Shown here piece by piece: positions 31,416-40,792 of a stretch of DNA of 64,000 bases (position 1 is the first letter of the stretch; each line of letters starts with the position of its first letter). The stretch spans positions 1,536,001 to 1,600,000 of the forward strand of contig OZ242320.1 of NCBI GenBank assembly GCA_965208125.1. Direction: 5' to 3'. Source of the stretch: Candidatus Latescibacterota bacterium. GTDB lineage: Bacteria; Latescibacterota; UBA2968. The position numbers were made by a program, and so were the translations under genes. The notes under the pieces are model-generated. The model worked only from the letters and a program-made list of their open reading frames with translations, had not been told where the DNA came from and ran no database searches.

Positions 31416-33038
31416 TCAAAACTCGTCCAACCGCTTACGGAGTATTGTTATTTCAAGTGTGCTCTCTGATGCGACGGATGATGGCATCATATCTAAAATT
31501 TGACGTGCTTTTTTCGGTTGGTTTCTGTCGAGTAAGGCCGTTGCATACACCAGATATGGCTGGGCGGTTTCGGCTTTCACGCGCTGAGAATCAAACTGCG
31601 TAAAAACGTGTTCCGCTGTTGTGAGATCATCCATCGTTATCAGATAGTCTATGAGTTGGCTTGCCAATGCGTCCGAACCCGGCTGGGCATCAAAGGCTCT
31701 TTTCAAGTGTGAAAGTGCCGCGTCACGCTCGCCTGTTGACCACAGCAGCGCGCTTTCTCTCAACGCATGGATAACCTTGTAACGCGGATGAGCAGGCAGG
31801 ATAACGCGAAAATACGTCCGCCCTTCATCGTAGTCGAACAGCGGTTCTGGAGACCCATTTTCTGCCATTCGACGGCGAATTTTGGGCAGCCCTGTTCCAC
31901 GGCCTTCGGCCAGTCTCAATTCTTTCAGAAACTCACCTATTCGGCGATTTCGCGCAGGTACAGGAGGTACAACACCATCCCGAACGAGATGATGTGCCTC
32001 AATGCCTTGAAGCGGTCCCGGATAACTGATTATCTCCATGCGATCCGGGTATAGATATATCTTCGTGGGTTCGCGCAGGTTGTCATAAGAACGATGATAC
32101 ACGGCGTTGACGACCGCTTCCTCCATCGCTTCGTAGGGATATGCGACCGCGCGATCCACTTCGGCCTGTTGCGGTCGCTTTTGCAGCATGAGGTCTGCGA
32201 GTGAATTGAGGTGGTCTAAAGTGCGTTTGATCTGTTCGTTGAGCGGTCCAGTAATTGTTCTCTCTTCAATTAAATCGCCTCCCGTATCGTCGCCGAACTG
32301 CACAATCTCGATTCGCGCACCGTCAAAGAAACTGTCCGGGGTCTCGTTGAAGAACAGGATGGCTGCGTTGCGCGGCGCGTAGTGATCATTGAGGCGGACG
32401 ACGATTCGCATCCGCTGATACAGGTCGATATCTGCGACATTTATTCCGGTCTGTATCAAATCGCTTCGCACATCCCAAAGAAAGCGACGGACCAGCGTAG
32501 GAGATATGTCCTCGACTTTGGCGACCAGACTGCGCCGATCATCGAACGGTATCCGTGCTGTTTGCTCTATGAGTTGGGTGCGTATTTCACCCCTCGCCTC
32601 GACAGTGCTGGAGCCTTGCCGCACGTAGTATTCCCGTTCGCCACTGCGTCCGCGTTTCGGAGCTTGATAGGGCCGATTATCGCCGCCGGGCGCCCAAATA
32701 ATCAGTATCGTCTCACCGTGGTATGTTTCGGGGAATACGAGTGGCTGGTACATGGGATCAATGCGATTACACTGTCCGTATATCTCTCTTTGGACATGAT
32801 CGAGATCGAGACGACCAAGACCACGCGGGGGCAATATAGGGAGGCCCTGTTCATCTGTGTCGATACCCAGGATGACGTATCCGCCGTTTAGATTGAGCAA
32901 GTCATTCGCAAATGCACACACGCTCCGAACAACCGATTCCTTTACGGCGTCATTCCAGGTCGCTTTGAACTCTCTGCGGTTGTCTTCAACCGATCTGGCG
33001 TGGATCAGGTTATCAATATTAATTGGCACACCTTGCAT
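31416..33038 (-). CDS. Schlafen/AlbA_2 domain + HATPase_c_4 (RecG-C-like) protein with TPR-like tail
   Basis: REFKA, SVCAFAN..GGYVILGI, YYVRQGSST, EAVVNAVYHRSY, RNRRI..L.LAEGRGTG. Confidence 0.85.
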   Translation of the reverse strand: MQGVPINIDNLIHARSVEDNRREFKATWNDAVKESVVRSVCAFANDLLNLNGGYVILGIDTDEQGLPILPPRGLGRLDLDHVQREIYGQCNRIDPMYQPLVFPETYHGETILIIWAPGGDNRPYQAPKRGRSGEREYYVRQGSSTVEARGEIRTQLIEQTARIPFDDRRSLVAKVEDISPTLVRRFLWDVRSDLIQTGINVADIDLYQRMRIVVRLNDHYAPRNAAILFFNETPDSFFDGARIEIVQFGDDTGGDLIEERTITGPLNEQIKRTLDHLNSLADLMLQKRPQQAEVDRAVAYPYEAMEEAVVNAVYHRSYDNLREPTKIYLYPDRMEIISYPGPLQGIEAHHLVRDGVVPPVPARNRRIGEFLKELRLAEGRGTGLPKIRRRMAENGSPEPLFDYDEGRTYFRVILPAHPRYKVIHALRESALLWSTGERDAALSHLKRAFDAQPGSDALASQLIDYLITMDDLTTAEHVFTQFDSQRVKAETAQPYLVYATALLDRNQPKKARQILDMMPSSVASESTLEITILRKRLDEF

Positions 33039-33363
33039 GGGACCCTTACCGATCTGTGATACTGCGAGTAGTTTTGTGAAGGCGAACGCTTTTGTTCATC
33101 ATATCCAATGTCGTGAACAAAATATGCGATCACAGCAAAAAGTCAATGGCCTCCTGAATATAATTGGACAATGAGAGGGTCAGTGGCGTATTAGGCAAGG
33201 CAAATTTGCGGCTATACCGAATCAGACCTCGACACGGTATTCGCGCCAGAACTGCCTGGTGTTCATCCAGGCACCACAACCACCTTCCAGCATGCCCTGT
33301 ATTCTTCAGGGCATTTTTCGTGTACTCTCCCCTGTAAATCCCCTGTCTCATTATACTCCCAAC

Positions 33364-33425
33364 TGTTTCATTTGAAACACCAACTGTGTCATATGACACA
33401 GTTTTCGGCATGTCCATTTTGGGCA
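33364..33425. promoter_or_regulatory. Tandem TGT-N10-ACA upstream activator sites
   Basis: TGTTTCATTTGAAACA (33364); perfect 22-bp palindrome AACTGTGTCATATGACACAGTT (33382-33403); weaker third site at 33411. Confidence 0.7.
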
Positions 33426-33475
33426 TTTTTTAAAAACACGCTCTCCTGCAAGCAGTTACGGGTTTTTGGGTTGTT

Positions 33476-33491
33476 TGGCACGCTTTTTGCG
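33476..33491 (+). promoter_or_regulatory. sigma54 -24/-12 promoter
   Basis: TGGCACGCTTTTTGCG; same 15-mer as at 15557. Confidence 0.9.
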
Positions 33492-33544
33492 CTATATAAA
33501 GGGCACGAAGTTTCAATTCCAAACCACACAGGAGGGCATTTCTC

Positions 33545-34390
33545 ATGATACACCAGCCCGTAGAACGAAAAGAAAAACTGCGCTTGATACAAGAAAACCT
33601 ATCAAAACGCATCGACACCCTGATAGTCGGACCCATCGGCATAGGCAAAAGTCATCTCCTCGCGCAACTCAATGCAGACCATGCGCTCAAAGTAAAAACC
33701 CTATCCCCAATAAAAGAAGCCCTCATAAATATTGCGGAAGAACTTCACAAAAGCGGAAAACTCTATCCGCATATTGAGGACTTTGAAACCATCAAAAAAC
33801 GACACACCCGCGAAACCATTCAAACCTGGACAGACAGGGTACTCGACTCAGTACAAAAAAACGAATGCGTCTTAATCGTAGATGACCTATCCGACATAAC
33901 ACCCTCCGTCGGACGACTAATCGACAAACTCAACTGCAAATACATCATCATAGCCGCCATGCGCGAAATTGTAAAAACGTACGAAAAACACTTCTGGAAA
34001 TTCGACCGCATAGAAATAGAAAATCTGACCACTTCCGAAGCCAAAAAACTCATCCGACAATGTACTATCGGCGCCGACATAGAAGACTACCGCATGACCG
34101 AAACCTCCATCTTGCAACAAAGTGCTGGCAACCCGCGCGCCATCATCGAAATCGTCGAAAGACTCCGCAAAGAACCCGCCGTAACCCGATCCGCTGTACG
34201 ACATGTATCTCACACAGGCGCCCGAAACCAGATTGATCTCACCGTCGCAGTCGTCCTCCTCTTACTCGCAGTCGTCGCGGCGCGATTCTTCATGCGAGGC
34301 ATCGGAAGCATGGAAGGCTATGTCCTCGCCGGCATAGGCAGCGCGATACTCGTAGGCATTCGATTCTTCATGTACAGGTTCAAACGATGA
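33545..34390 (+). CDS. P-loop (AAA-like) ATPase with two C-terminal TM helices
   Basis: GPIGIGKS, LIVDD, GNPRAI; hydrophobic hairpin at the C-terminus; AGGAGG RBS. Confidence 0.75.
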   Translation: MIHQPVERKEKLRLIQENLSKRIDTLIVGPIGIGKSHLLAQLNADHALKVKTLSPIKEALINIAEELHKSGKLYPHIEDFETIKKRHTRETIQTWTDRVLDSVQKNECVLIVDDLSDITPSVGRLIDKLNCKYIIIAAMREIVKTYEKHFWKFDRIEIENLTTSEAKKLIRQCTIGADIEDYRMTETSILQQSAGNPRAIIEIVERLRKEPAVTRSAVRHVSHTGARNQIDLTVAVVLLLLAVVAARFFMRGIGSMEGYVLAGIGSAILVGIRFFMYRFKR

Positions 34391-35568
34391 CAGCACCTAC
34401 ACATATAGCATTCGGACTACTCACCGTAGCGGGATCCTTTTCCTTCTTCTCCATGCCCCTTCATCGCAACCTCCCCGCCGTCGCATGCGCCATCATAGGA
34501 AGCGTGCTCCCGGATATAGATTCGCCAAAGAGCTATATCGGTCGCGTGCTCCCCTATGCATCCATCCCCATCGAACGGCAATGGGGGCACCGCACCATCA
34601 CACACTCGCTGCTCTGCCTCCTCGCCCTATCGGTTATGATCTGGCCCTTGCTCATCTGGCAAACCCCGTGTTATGCAGCCCTGCTTCTGGGCTATATGAG
34701 CCATATAATCGCCGATTGCGCCACCAAAAGCGGCGTACCCCTGTTCTATCCCCATTCAGCGGCCTGTGTCTTCCCCGGCAGCGCGAAATACAGAATCAAA
34801 ACTGGATCTATGGTAGAACGCTGCCTGTTAATCGGACTCGTATGTATGCTCCTGATATTCCTGCCCGTATTGCACATAGGAGGCATCTGGCAATCATTCA
34901 GATACCTCATGGCCACGCCCTCTGCTGCTTATGCAAATTACCGGCAAGCCGACACTGAAACCATCTTAACCTTCGAAGGACGCTGGCGACACACGCGGGA
35001 GCACATACGCGGAGAAAGTGTGATCCTCGATGCCAGCCCCACCATGTTCTGGATCATAGTCAACGGACAGGTTCAAACGTGCGGAGAACACGGCGCCATC
35101 TTGTCAGACAAAGTGCGCGTGCGCGAAACAGATCGCCCCGTACAAATTCAGACGCTCCAGTTGAAAAACGAAACCTATGAAGAACTGGTAAAGCAGATCC
35201 CCGAAAACAGTTTTGTATCTGGACAACTCAAAGCAACTGAAACATTCTCCCCCGGACATGAAACCCCCAGTGCCATCACCATCACCTCCCGGGCATTGAA
35301 ATTTCAATTTGCCCGAAAAGGGAACATCTCGCGGCTTCAGCCCGTCCCTCAAAATTTATCAGAACGCGTAAAAAATCTATCGGAGGAAATATTGAGAATA
35401 TGTGAAAAACTGGAAATCGCAAAAATGGCTTATCCGCCAATTCACTACCTCGAACTGAGGCGAATGGAACAAGAAATTACAGAAAAAAGAAAAAAAATCG
35501 AAACACTGAAACGCGCACATGTGCGATTCAGCGGCACATTATACATTCGTATATTGGGAGACACATAA
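34387..35568 (+). CDS. YdjM-family membrane metal-dependent hydrolase with a long C-terminal extension
   Basis: PTHIAFG, LPDID, HRTITHS, GYMSHIIAD; ATGA overlap with the ATPase gene. Confidence 0.8.
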   Translation: MTAPTHIAFGLLTVAGSFSFFSMPLHRNLPAVACAIIGSVLPDIDSPKSYIGRVLPYASIPIERQWGHRTITHSLLCLLALSVMIWPLLIWQTPCYAALLLGYMSHIIADCATKSGVPLFYPHSAACVFPGSAKYRIKTGSMVERCLLIGLVCMLLIFLPVLHIGGIWQSFRYLMATPSAAYANYRQADTETILTFEGRWRHTREHIRGESVILDASPTMFWIIVNGQVQTCGEHGAILSDKVRVRETDRPVQIQTLQLKNETYEELVKQIPENSFVSGQLKATETFSPGHETPSAITITSRALKFQFARKGNISRLQPVPQNLSERVKNLSEEILRICEKLEIAKMAYPPIHYLELRRMEQEITEKRKKIETLKRAHVRFSGTLYIRILGDT

Positions 35569-35593
35569 TGCGCAAAATGACAACCAAAACCTT

Positions 35594-35627
35594 CTGGATC
35601 GCGGCTCAAAGCCTGCCGCGATGACGG
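35594..35627. repeat. CGTC-type REP-like palindrome, copy 2
   Basis: ctggatcgcggctcaaagcctgccgcgatgacgg, between convergent genes. Confidence 0.75.
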
Positions 35628-35629
35628 CT

Positions 35630-37033
35630 TTACAACCCATACCTCTTCATCCTGCTCCTCAGCACCATCCTCGAAATATCCAGAAGCGCGGCAGCCTGAA
35701 CTTGATTTCCCTCTGTCCGTCGCAAAGCCTCTTTGAGCATAGCCCTCTCGACCACAGGCAAATTCATCTGATCCTCGGGCAGGGTTTGCACCATCTGTTC
35801 AACCCCACTATCCCCGCCCGGACCACCCTCAAATAGCTCAAAACCCAGATCATCCGCCTCAATCTCCCCATCCCCACACAAAATCGCTGCTCGCTCAACC
35901 GCATTCTTCAGCATGCGGACATTGCCCGGAAAAACCTGTTTCTGAAGCAAATCCTCAGCCTCTCTCGAAAATCCCACCAGCGGCTTCCGCAAATCGCGGG
36001 CATAATTAGTCAAAAAGTGCCGCGCCAAAAACAAAACATCTCCCACCCGCTCGCGCAACGGCGGCACCTGAATCGCGAACACATTCAACCTGTAATACAA
36101 ATCCTCTCTAAAAGACCCTTCCCGCACCGCTACACTAAGCACGCTATTAGTAGCAGCAACCACACGCACATCCACATCTACCTCACAGCTACTCCCCACG
36201 GGACGGATGCATCGTTCCTCTATGGTTCGCAACAAACGCACCTGCATCTCGAGCGACATATCTCCGATCTCATCCAGAAACAGCGTACCGCCATCTGCCA
36301 GCTCAAAATGACCCTTCTGATCTGCCTTCGCATCTGTAAACGCACCCTTCTTATGCCCGAAAAACGCGCTCTCAAACAAATTGCCCGGAATCGCAGAACA
36401 ATTCACAGCAACAAATGGGCCGCCAGCGCGACCACTTTCACAATGCACAGCCCGAGCAACCAATTCCTTCCCCGTACCCGTCTCCCCAACAATAAGCACC
36501 GTCGTATGATCAGTCGCTGCCACCTGTCGGATCTGCGCCTTCATCTTCGCAACCGCCTCACTCTCCCCTATAATCGCATTCAAACCACCCCTCTCTCGCT
36601 CCTGCGCCACAAACTGATCCAACCTGTCCTGTACCCTATTCTTCTCTTTTCGAAGCACCTGATAGCGCACAGTGCGCCGGATAGCCGCATGCAACTCTTC
36701 CACCTTGAAAGGCTTATTAAAAAAATCAAACGCCCCTTCCCGCAAAGCCCGAAACGCATTCTCCGCCTCTTTAACCCCGGTAATCACAATCACCTCAGCC
36801 TCAGGCGAAACAGACCGCACCCGCCGAAGCACCTCAAACCCATCCATACCGGGCATCTTCACATCCGTAATCACAATATCAACAGCCTGACTCTCCACCA
36901 CCTCCACGCCCTTCTCGCCATTCGCCGCTTCAATAACCGTATGCCCCCTCGCAATGAGAAACTTCCCAATAGCAGCACGGATATGTGCATCGTCATCAAT
37001 CACCAGAACCGTCATGCTGACCTGCTCAGCCAT
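35630..37033 (-). CDS. NtrC-family sigma54 response regulator
   Basis: Receiver domain (VIDDD, TDVKMPG), [23 protein letters not shown], Fis-type HTH. Confidence 0.95.
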   Translation of the reverse strand: MAEQVSMTVLVIDDDAHIRAAIGKFLIARGHTVIEAANGEKGVEVVESQAVDIVITDVKMPGMDGFEVLRRVRSVSPEAEVIVITGVKEAENAFRALREGAFDFFNKPFKVEELHAAIRRTVRYQVLRKEKNRVQDRLDQFVAQERERGGLNAIIGESEAVAKMKAQIRQVAATDHTTVLIVGETGTGKELVARAVHCESGRAGGPFVAVNCSAIPGNLFESAFFGHKKGAFTDAKADQKGHFELADGGTLFLDEIGDMSLEMQVRLLRTIEERCIRPVGSSCEVDVDVRVVAATNSVLSVAVREGSFREDLYYRLNVFAIQVPPLRERVGDVLFLARHFLTNYARDLRKPLVGFSREAEDLLQKQVFPGNVRMLKNAVERAAILCGDGEIEADDLGFELFEGGPGGDSGVEQMVQTLPEDQMNLPVVERAMLKEALRRTEGNQVQAAALLDISRMVLRSRMKRYGL

Positions 37034-37139
37034 TCTTATTTCCCCCACATTTACATGCTTTGTTTTCGGGAAAATAAAACGGGAATGGCAAAAAGCAAGA
37101 TCACGCATTCAGAATATGCGCTTGTGCATTCCAATGTTC

Positions 37140-39587
37140 TTATACATTTTGAAAAAACTCAATGCGCTTGTTGATATCCCCCGCAACCTCGAGCGACTCA
37201 ACCGGCGCGCGAACCACCTCGCCAGCACGCTGTCGCAGGGCAACAATAAGAGGTGCCAACGCATCGGATTGCCCCCCGGATAGAATCTCGACAAGATCGC
37301 GCTCCAACACGCCATTTGCAATCAACTCGGGCACAAGCTGTAGCATCTCGGACATCATCATCTCGTTATCGGGCACGAACACAGCATACGCCGATCGGAA
37401 CACATCTATAGCGACCCGTTGTCTTTTTTTCTTTTGTAGGGCCAAAGCCTGCACATATCTCGCTCGCCATGTAAACATCACCCGCTCATCGTCAGTCAAA
37501 GCACCAAGTCTTCCTTCAAGCTCTTCACTTATGAGCAAAGCTTCTTCCACACGGCCCACCTTAATTTGTATCATAGCCTTTTGGGACAACGCCCAGGCGA
37601 CCAGAAGCTGAATCCCTGGCCCATCGCTGGTCCCAAAACGGTCGATCACCTCATCATACGCCGACATCGCCAAACCCAATTCTCCAAGTTGGACTTGCAT
37701 ATCTCCCTTTTGGGACAACGCCAGAACGACCAGAAGCTGAATCCCCGGTGCGGCACTGGTCCCAAAACGGTCGATCACCCCATCATACGCTGACATCGCC
37801 AAACCCAACTCCCCCAATTGGACTTGCATATCTCCCTTTTGGGACAACGCCAGAGCGATCGGAAACTGAAAATCGGGTACATCGCTGGTCCCAAAACGGT
37901 CGATCACCTCATCATACGCCAACATCGCCAAACCCAATTCTCCAAGTCCAAGTCGCGCTCTTGCCCCGTGGATCAATACGCGAGCCATCCGCGCCAGAAG
38001 TGTCTGATCGGCCGCGTCGTCGAACCGATCAACCATCTCATCGCAGACCGCGACCACCCCTTGAAAATCTTCCAATTTCTCATAAGCAATAGCCCTCATA
38101 TGCAATATATAGGCGACAAGAGACTCTGGCATAAGAGATGCTTCCACACCTCCTGAATCCATAAAATGGTTACCAATTTCCACAACCCTTTCAAATTCTT
38201 TCTCATCGAGCGCCGTTTGGATCTCCTCTTTTAAACGCAGTTCCGCTGTGAATGGCGCATTTGCCGTCGCTTTGTCCGATAGATATTCGATAGCCGACCC
38301 TGCCACGCGTAAAAAACTGTCCTCAACATGCGGTTGTTCGGAGAGCGCACGCTCAATACCCCCGCGAATAATCGCCGCTCCCAAACCCAGCCGACTGGAC
38401 ATCTGGTACAATTCACCTATCCCGTAGAACGCCATCATGAAATGGATCAGACTTCTCACAACTATTGCCCCATCACGCTCACGTCGCAACTTATAGTAAA
38501 TACTGTAGATAGGTTCTCCTGGGACGTACAATCGCTTCCTGCCAGAACCCTCAAATCTGACCACACCCCGGCTGACCAGTCGTCCCAGCATAGTCGATAC
38601 GGGGCGAACCTCCATACGCGCGCGCGCCGCAACCTCGCCAGTACTCGACGGTTGCCACAGATCAATCAACGCGAGATACACGCGGCGTTCAACCCTGCTC
38701 AGGACCTCCAGATGACCGCGAAAATACTCGGTATGATCGTCAATCATCGCAACCAGTTCTTCCATCAACTGGCGCAACGACCTGTGCTGCGCGAACTCAG
38801 CAACCATAATCAAGAGACGGGGATTGCCACCGGTCAGGATCTCGAGCGGCCTGATCTCGTGCGCGCTCACCTCATCGCCGCTGACCACCTGCCACAAACG
38901 ACGGCATGCTTCGGTACCCAGCGGTTCCAGATCGACGATTCGAAACAACTCGAAAAACGGCTGTTTCGCATCATCCAGACCCTCAAAGCGACTCGTCGCA
39001 GTAGCGAGTAACACAATCCGAGGCTCGGACGCCAACGCATCGCGCAACTGCCAGCCAAAATCGTCATCCACATCTTCGCAGAGCGCCTGCAAATTTTCGA
39101 CCATGAGAACGAGTTTTTTCCCCAGCCGATCCGCCGCGTCCAGAACAGTATCAAAAACCCGATCCGCAAGCGCCTCCTCGCGCCAGCGATCGGTCAAATC
39201 GGCATGCGTCTCCCGCAGCTCCTGTGCGAGATCGGGATCGTACTTAACACTCTCCTTCGCAAGATAGAACAGGGTATCGAGCCAAAAATCCGCGAGATCG
39301 AATATCTCGTGACTCTCTTCCATAAACCGAACCGGCAAAAAACACTCGGAAAGTTCCTCATCAGCATTCAACTCCGCCACAATCCGCGCGAGCAACATAG
39401 TCTTCCCCCGCCCCCGAGGCGCGACCACCAGAACATGCTCGCACAATGGTGAATCGATATTCCCGCGCAAACCCTCAAGCACCATATTGAGTTCGCGCCT
39501 CCTCACCACGAACTGCTCAATCACCTCCTCATCGGATTGAAACGACCCCGGATTGAACTTGCGGATTGCTCGATCGGACTTGTTCAT
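37140..39587 (-). CDS. STAND-like ATPase - winged HTH - TPR protein
   Basis: APRGRGKT, LMVEN, TGGNPRL; MarR-like wHTH; about three tandem 39-aa TPR-like repeats (~37580-37950). Confidence 0.8.
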   Translation of the reverse strand: MNKSDRAIRKFNPGSFQSDEEVIEQFVVRRRELNMVLEGLRGNIDSPLCEHVLVVAPRGRGKTMLLARIVAELNADEELSECFLPVRFMEESHEIFDLADFWLDTLFYLAKESVKYDPDLAQELRETHADLTDRWREEALADRVFDTVLDAADRLGKKLVLMVENLQALCEDVDDDFGWQLRDALASEPRIVLLATATSRFEGLDDAKQPFFELFRIVDLEPLGTEACRRLWQVVSGDEVSAHEIRPLEILTGGNPRLLIMVAEFAQHRSLRQLMEELVAMIDDHTEYFRGHLEVLSRVERRVYLALIDLWQPSSTGEVAARARMEVRPVSTMLGRLVSRGVVRFEGSGRKRLYVPGEPIYSIYYKLRRERDGAIVVRSLIHFMMAFYGIGELYQMSSRLGLGAAIIRGGIERALSEQPHVEDSFLRVAGSAIEYLSDKATANAPFTAELRLKEEIQTALDEKEFERVVEIGNHFMDSGGVEASLMPESLVAYILHMRAIAYEKLEDFQGVVAVCDEMVDRFDDAADQTLLARMARVLIHGARARLGLGELGLAMLAYDEVIDRFGTSDVPDFQFPIALALSQKGDMQVQLGELGLAMSAYDGVIDRFGTSAAPGIQLLVVLALSQKGDMQVQLGELGLAMSAYDEVIDRFGTSDGPGIQLLVAWALSQKAMIQIKVGRVEEALLISEELEGRLGALTDDERVMFTWRARYVQALALQKKKRQRVAIDVFRSAYAVFVPDNEMMMSEMLQLVPELIANGVLERDLVEILSGGQSDALAPLIVALRQRAGEVVRAPVESLEVAGDINKRIEFFQNV

Positions 39588-39614
39588 TACACATCTCCCG
39601 GTGATTCATTAAAT

Positions 39615-39680
39615 TTTTGTCAACCAAACTGTTGACAAAATAATATTCCCCAGAAAAATGTCAACCAAATTGTTGACAAA
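39615..39680. promoter_or_regulatory. Two palindromic operators TGTCAAC-N6-GTTGACA
   Basis: Cores at 39618 and 39659, 41 bp apart, directly upstream of the wHTH-containing gene. Confidence 0.7.
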
Positions 39681-39741
39681 AATTTAAGGGCGATATAACT
39701 CGTTCTCTACCATTGAGATATGGTACACATGGAATGAGAGT

Positions 39742-39792
39742 AAACCACACAAAAGCCCAACGGTCTTCTTTAAATCGCTGGGCTTTCTTTTT
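39742..39792. terminator. Terminator-like hairpin; 22-bp direct repeat with 40655
   Basis: aaaccacacaaaagcccaacgg...tgggctttc. Confidence 0.6.
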
Positions 39793-39840
39793 TCGAACCT
39801 TAACAGAAAGGATCGAGATGCTCATACCTTATACGGTCTG

Positions 39841-39869
39841 TTGACACCCTTTTGGATTTGGGCTATATT
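39841..39869 (+). promoter_or_regulatory. sigma70 promoter
   Basis: TTGACA-N17-TATATT. Confidence 0.6.
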
Positions 39870-39931
39870 GCTTGAAAGATCACGCTAATTGTTTTGGAAT
39901 ACGACCTTATAGCACATAGATACCACAGACG

Positions 39932-40073
39932 CTATATATATAGAAATGTCCCCGGATTGAACTTGCGAATTCGTTGATCGGACTTGTTCATTGCGTGTCT
40001 CCAGTATCCGCAACTCGCGTTCGCGATTAAAAAAGTCGTCGTCGCTTACCCAACGGCCAGTCGATGAATTCAT
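39932..40073 (-). pseudogene. Fused 5' remnants of an ATPase gene (MNSSTGRWVSDDDFFNREREL) and of a paralog of the 39587 gene (MNKSDQRIRKFNPG)
   Basis: 39951-40002 closely matches 39547-39598; both remnants retain an RBS and ATG. Confidence 0.65.
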
Positions 40074-40080
40074 TGTTCCT

Positions 40081-40311
40081 CGCGCCCGTAGCTTTCCGCC
40101 AGATATTATACGTGCCGCTTTAAGAAAATTGGATGTCATTGAAACCGCACATCGCCTGCAAGACTTGCGGACACCTCCGGGCAATCGTCTGGAAGCCCTG
40201 AAAGGCAATCTTCAGGGATTTTACAGCATCCGTGTCAACGAGCAATGGCGGATCATTTTTCGATGGTCTGAAAATTCTGCACATCAGGTATCGCTGACGG
40301 ACTATCATTAG
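40081..40311 (+). pseudogene. higB: HigB toxin, apparently 5'-truncated
   Basis: ALRKL..DLRTPPGNRLEALKG..YSIRVNEQWRIIFRW..DYH; the usual N-terminus is replaced by the opposite-strand relic. Confidence 0.75.
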
Positions 40312-40316
40312 ACTAT

Positions 40317-40619
40317 TTGGAGACAATCATGCTGCCTGAAAATCGCATTCCGACGCATCCAGGTGAGATCCTTTTGGAAGAATTTCTGAAACCCCTGGGA
40401 ATGACCCAGGTAGCGTTTGCCAAACACATTGAAGTGCCACTTCAAAGAGTTAACGAGATCATACGTGGCAAGCGGGGGGTAACGCCTGAGACAGCCTGGT
40501 TATTTTCTCAAGCACTGGGGACAACACCTGAGTTATGGATGAATCTTCAACGGAATTACGATCTGGCTAAGACCCGACTGCCAAAAAAGATTCCAAAACT
40601 TGAACTTGACCCGTTTTGA
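40317..40619 (+). CDS. higA: HigA antitoxin
   Basis: THPGEILLEEFL.P, NEIIRGKRGVT, WMNLQ..YDL. Confidence 0.93.
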   Translation: METIMLPENRIPTHPGEILLEEFLKPLGMTQVAFAKHIEVPLQRVNEIIRGKRGVTPETAWLFSQALGTTPELWMNLQRNYDLAKTRLPKKIPKLELDPF

Positions 40620-40654
40620 AGGACTTGTATCGCATTCTCGCCAAACAAAATAGA

Positions 40655-40703
40655 AAACCACACAAAAGCCCAACGGCCTCCTATAGACCGTTGGGCTTTT
40701 CTC
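40655..40703. terminator. Terminator-like hairpin; repeat of 39742
   Basis: aaaagcccaacgg...ccgttgggctttt. Confidence 0.75.
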
Positions 40704-40792
40704 AATAGAACAGGTCAAATACGCTTTGCCTATTGCGCCTGAAAATATATTTTGACCGCGAGACCTGTCTTTAACGCAAAGAAAGGCGCAGC

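Noticed and set aside
33130-33426. 98-aa minus-strand ORF
   Set aside because: Overlaps the activator-site palindromes, has no recognisable domain and no clear RBS.
39826-39838. CTTATACGG match to the lox-like arm
   Set aside because: Only 9 bp, with no matching spacer or second arm; likely chance.
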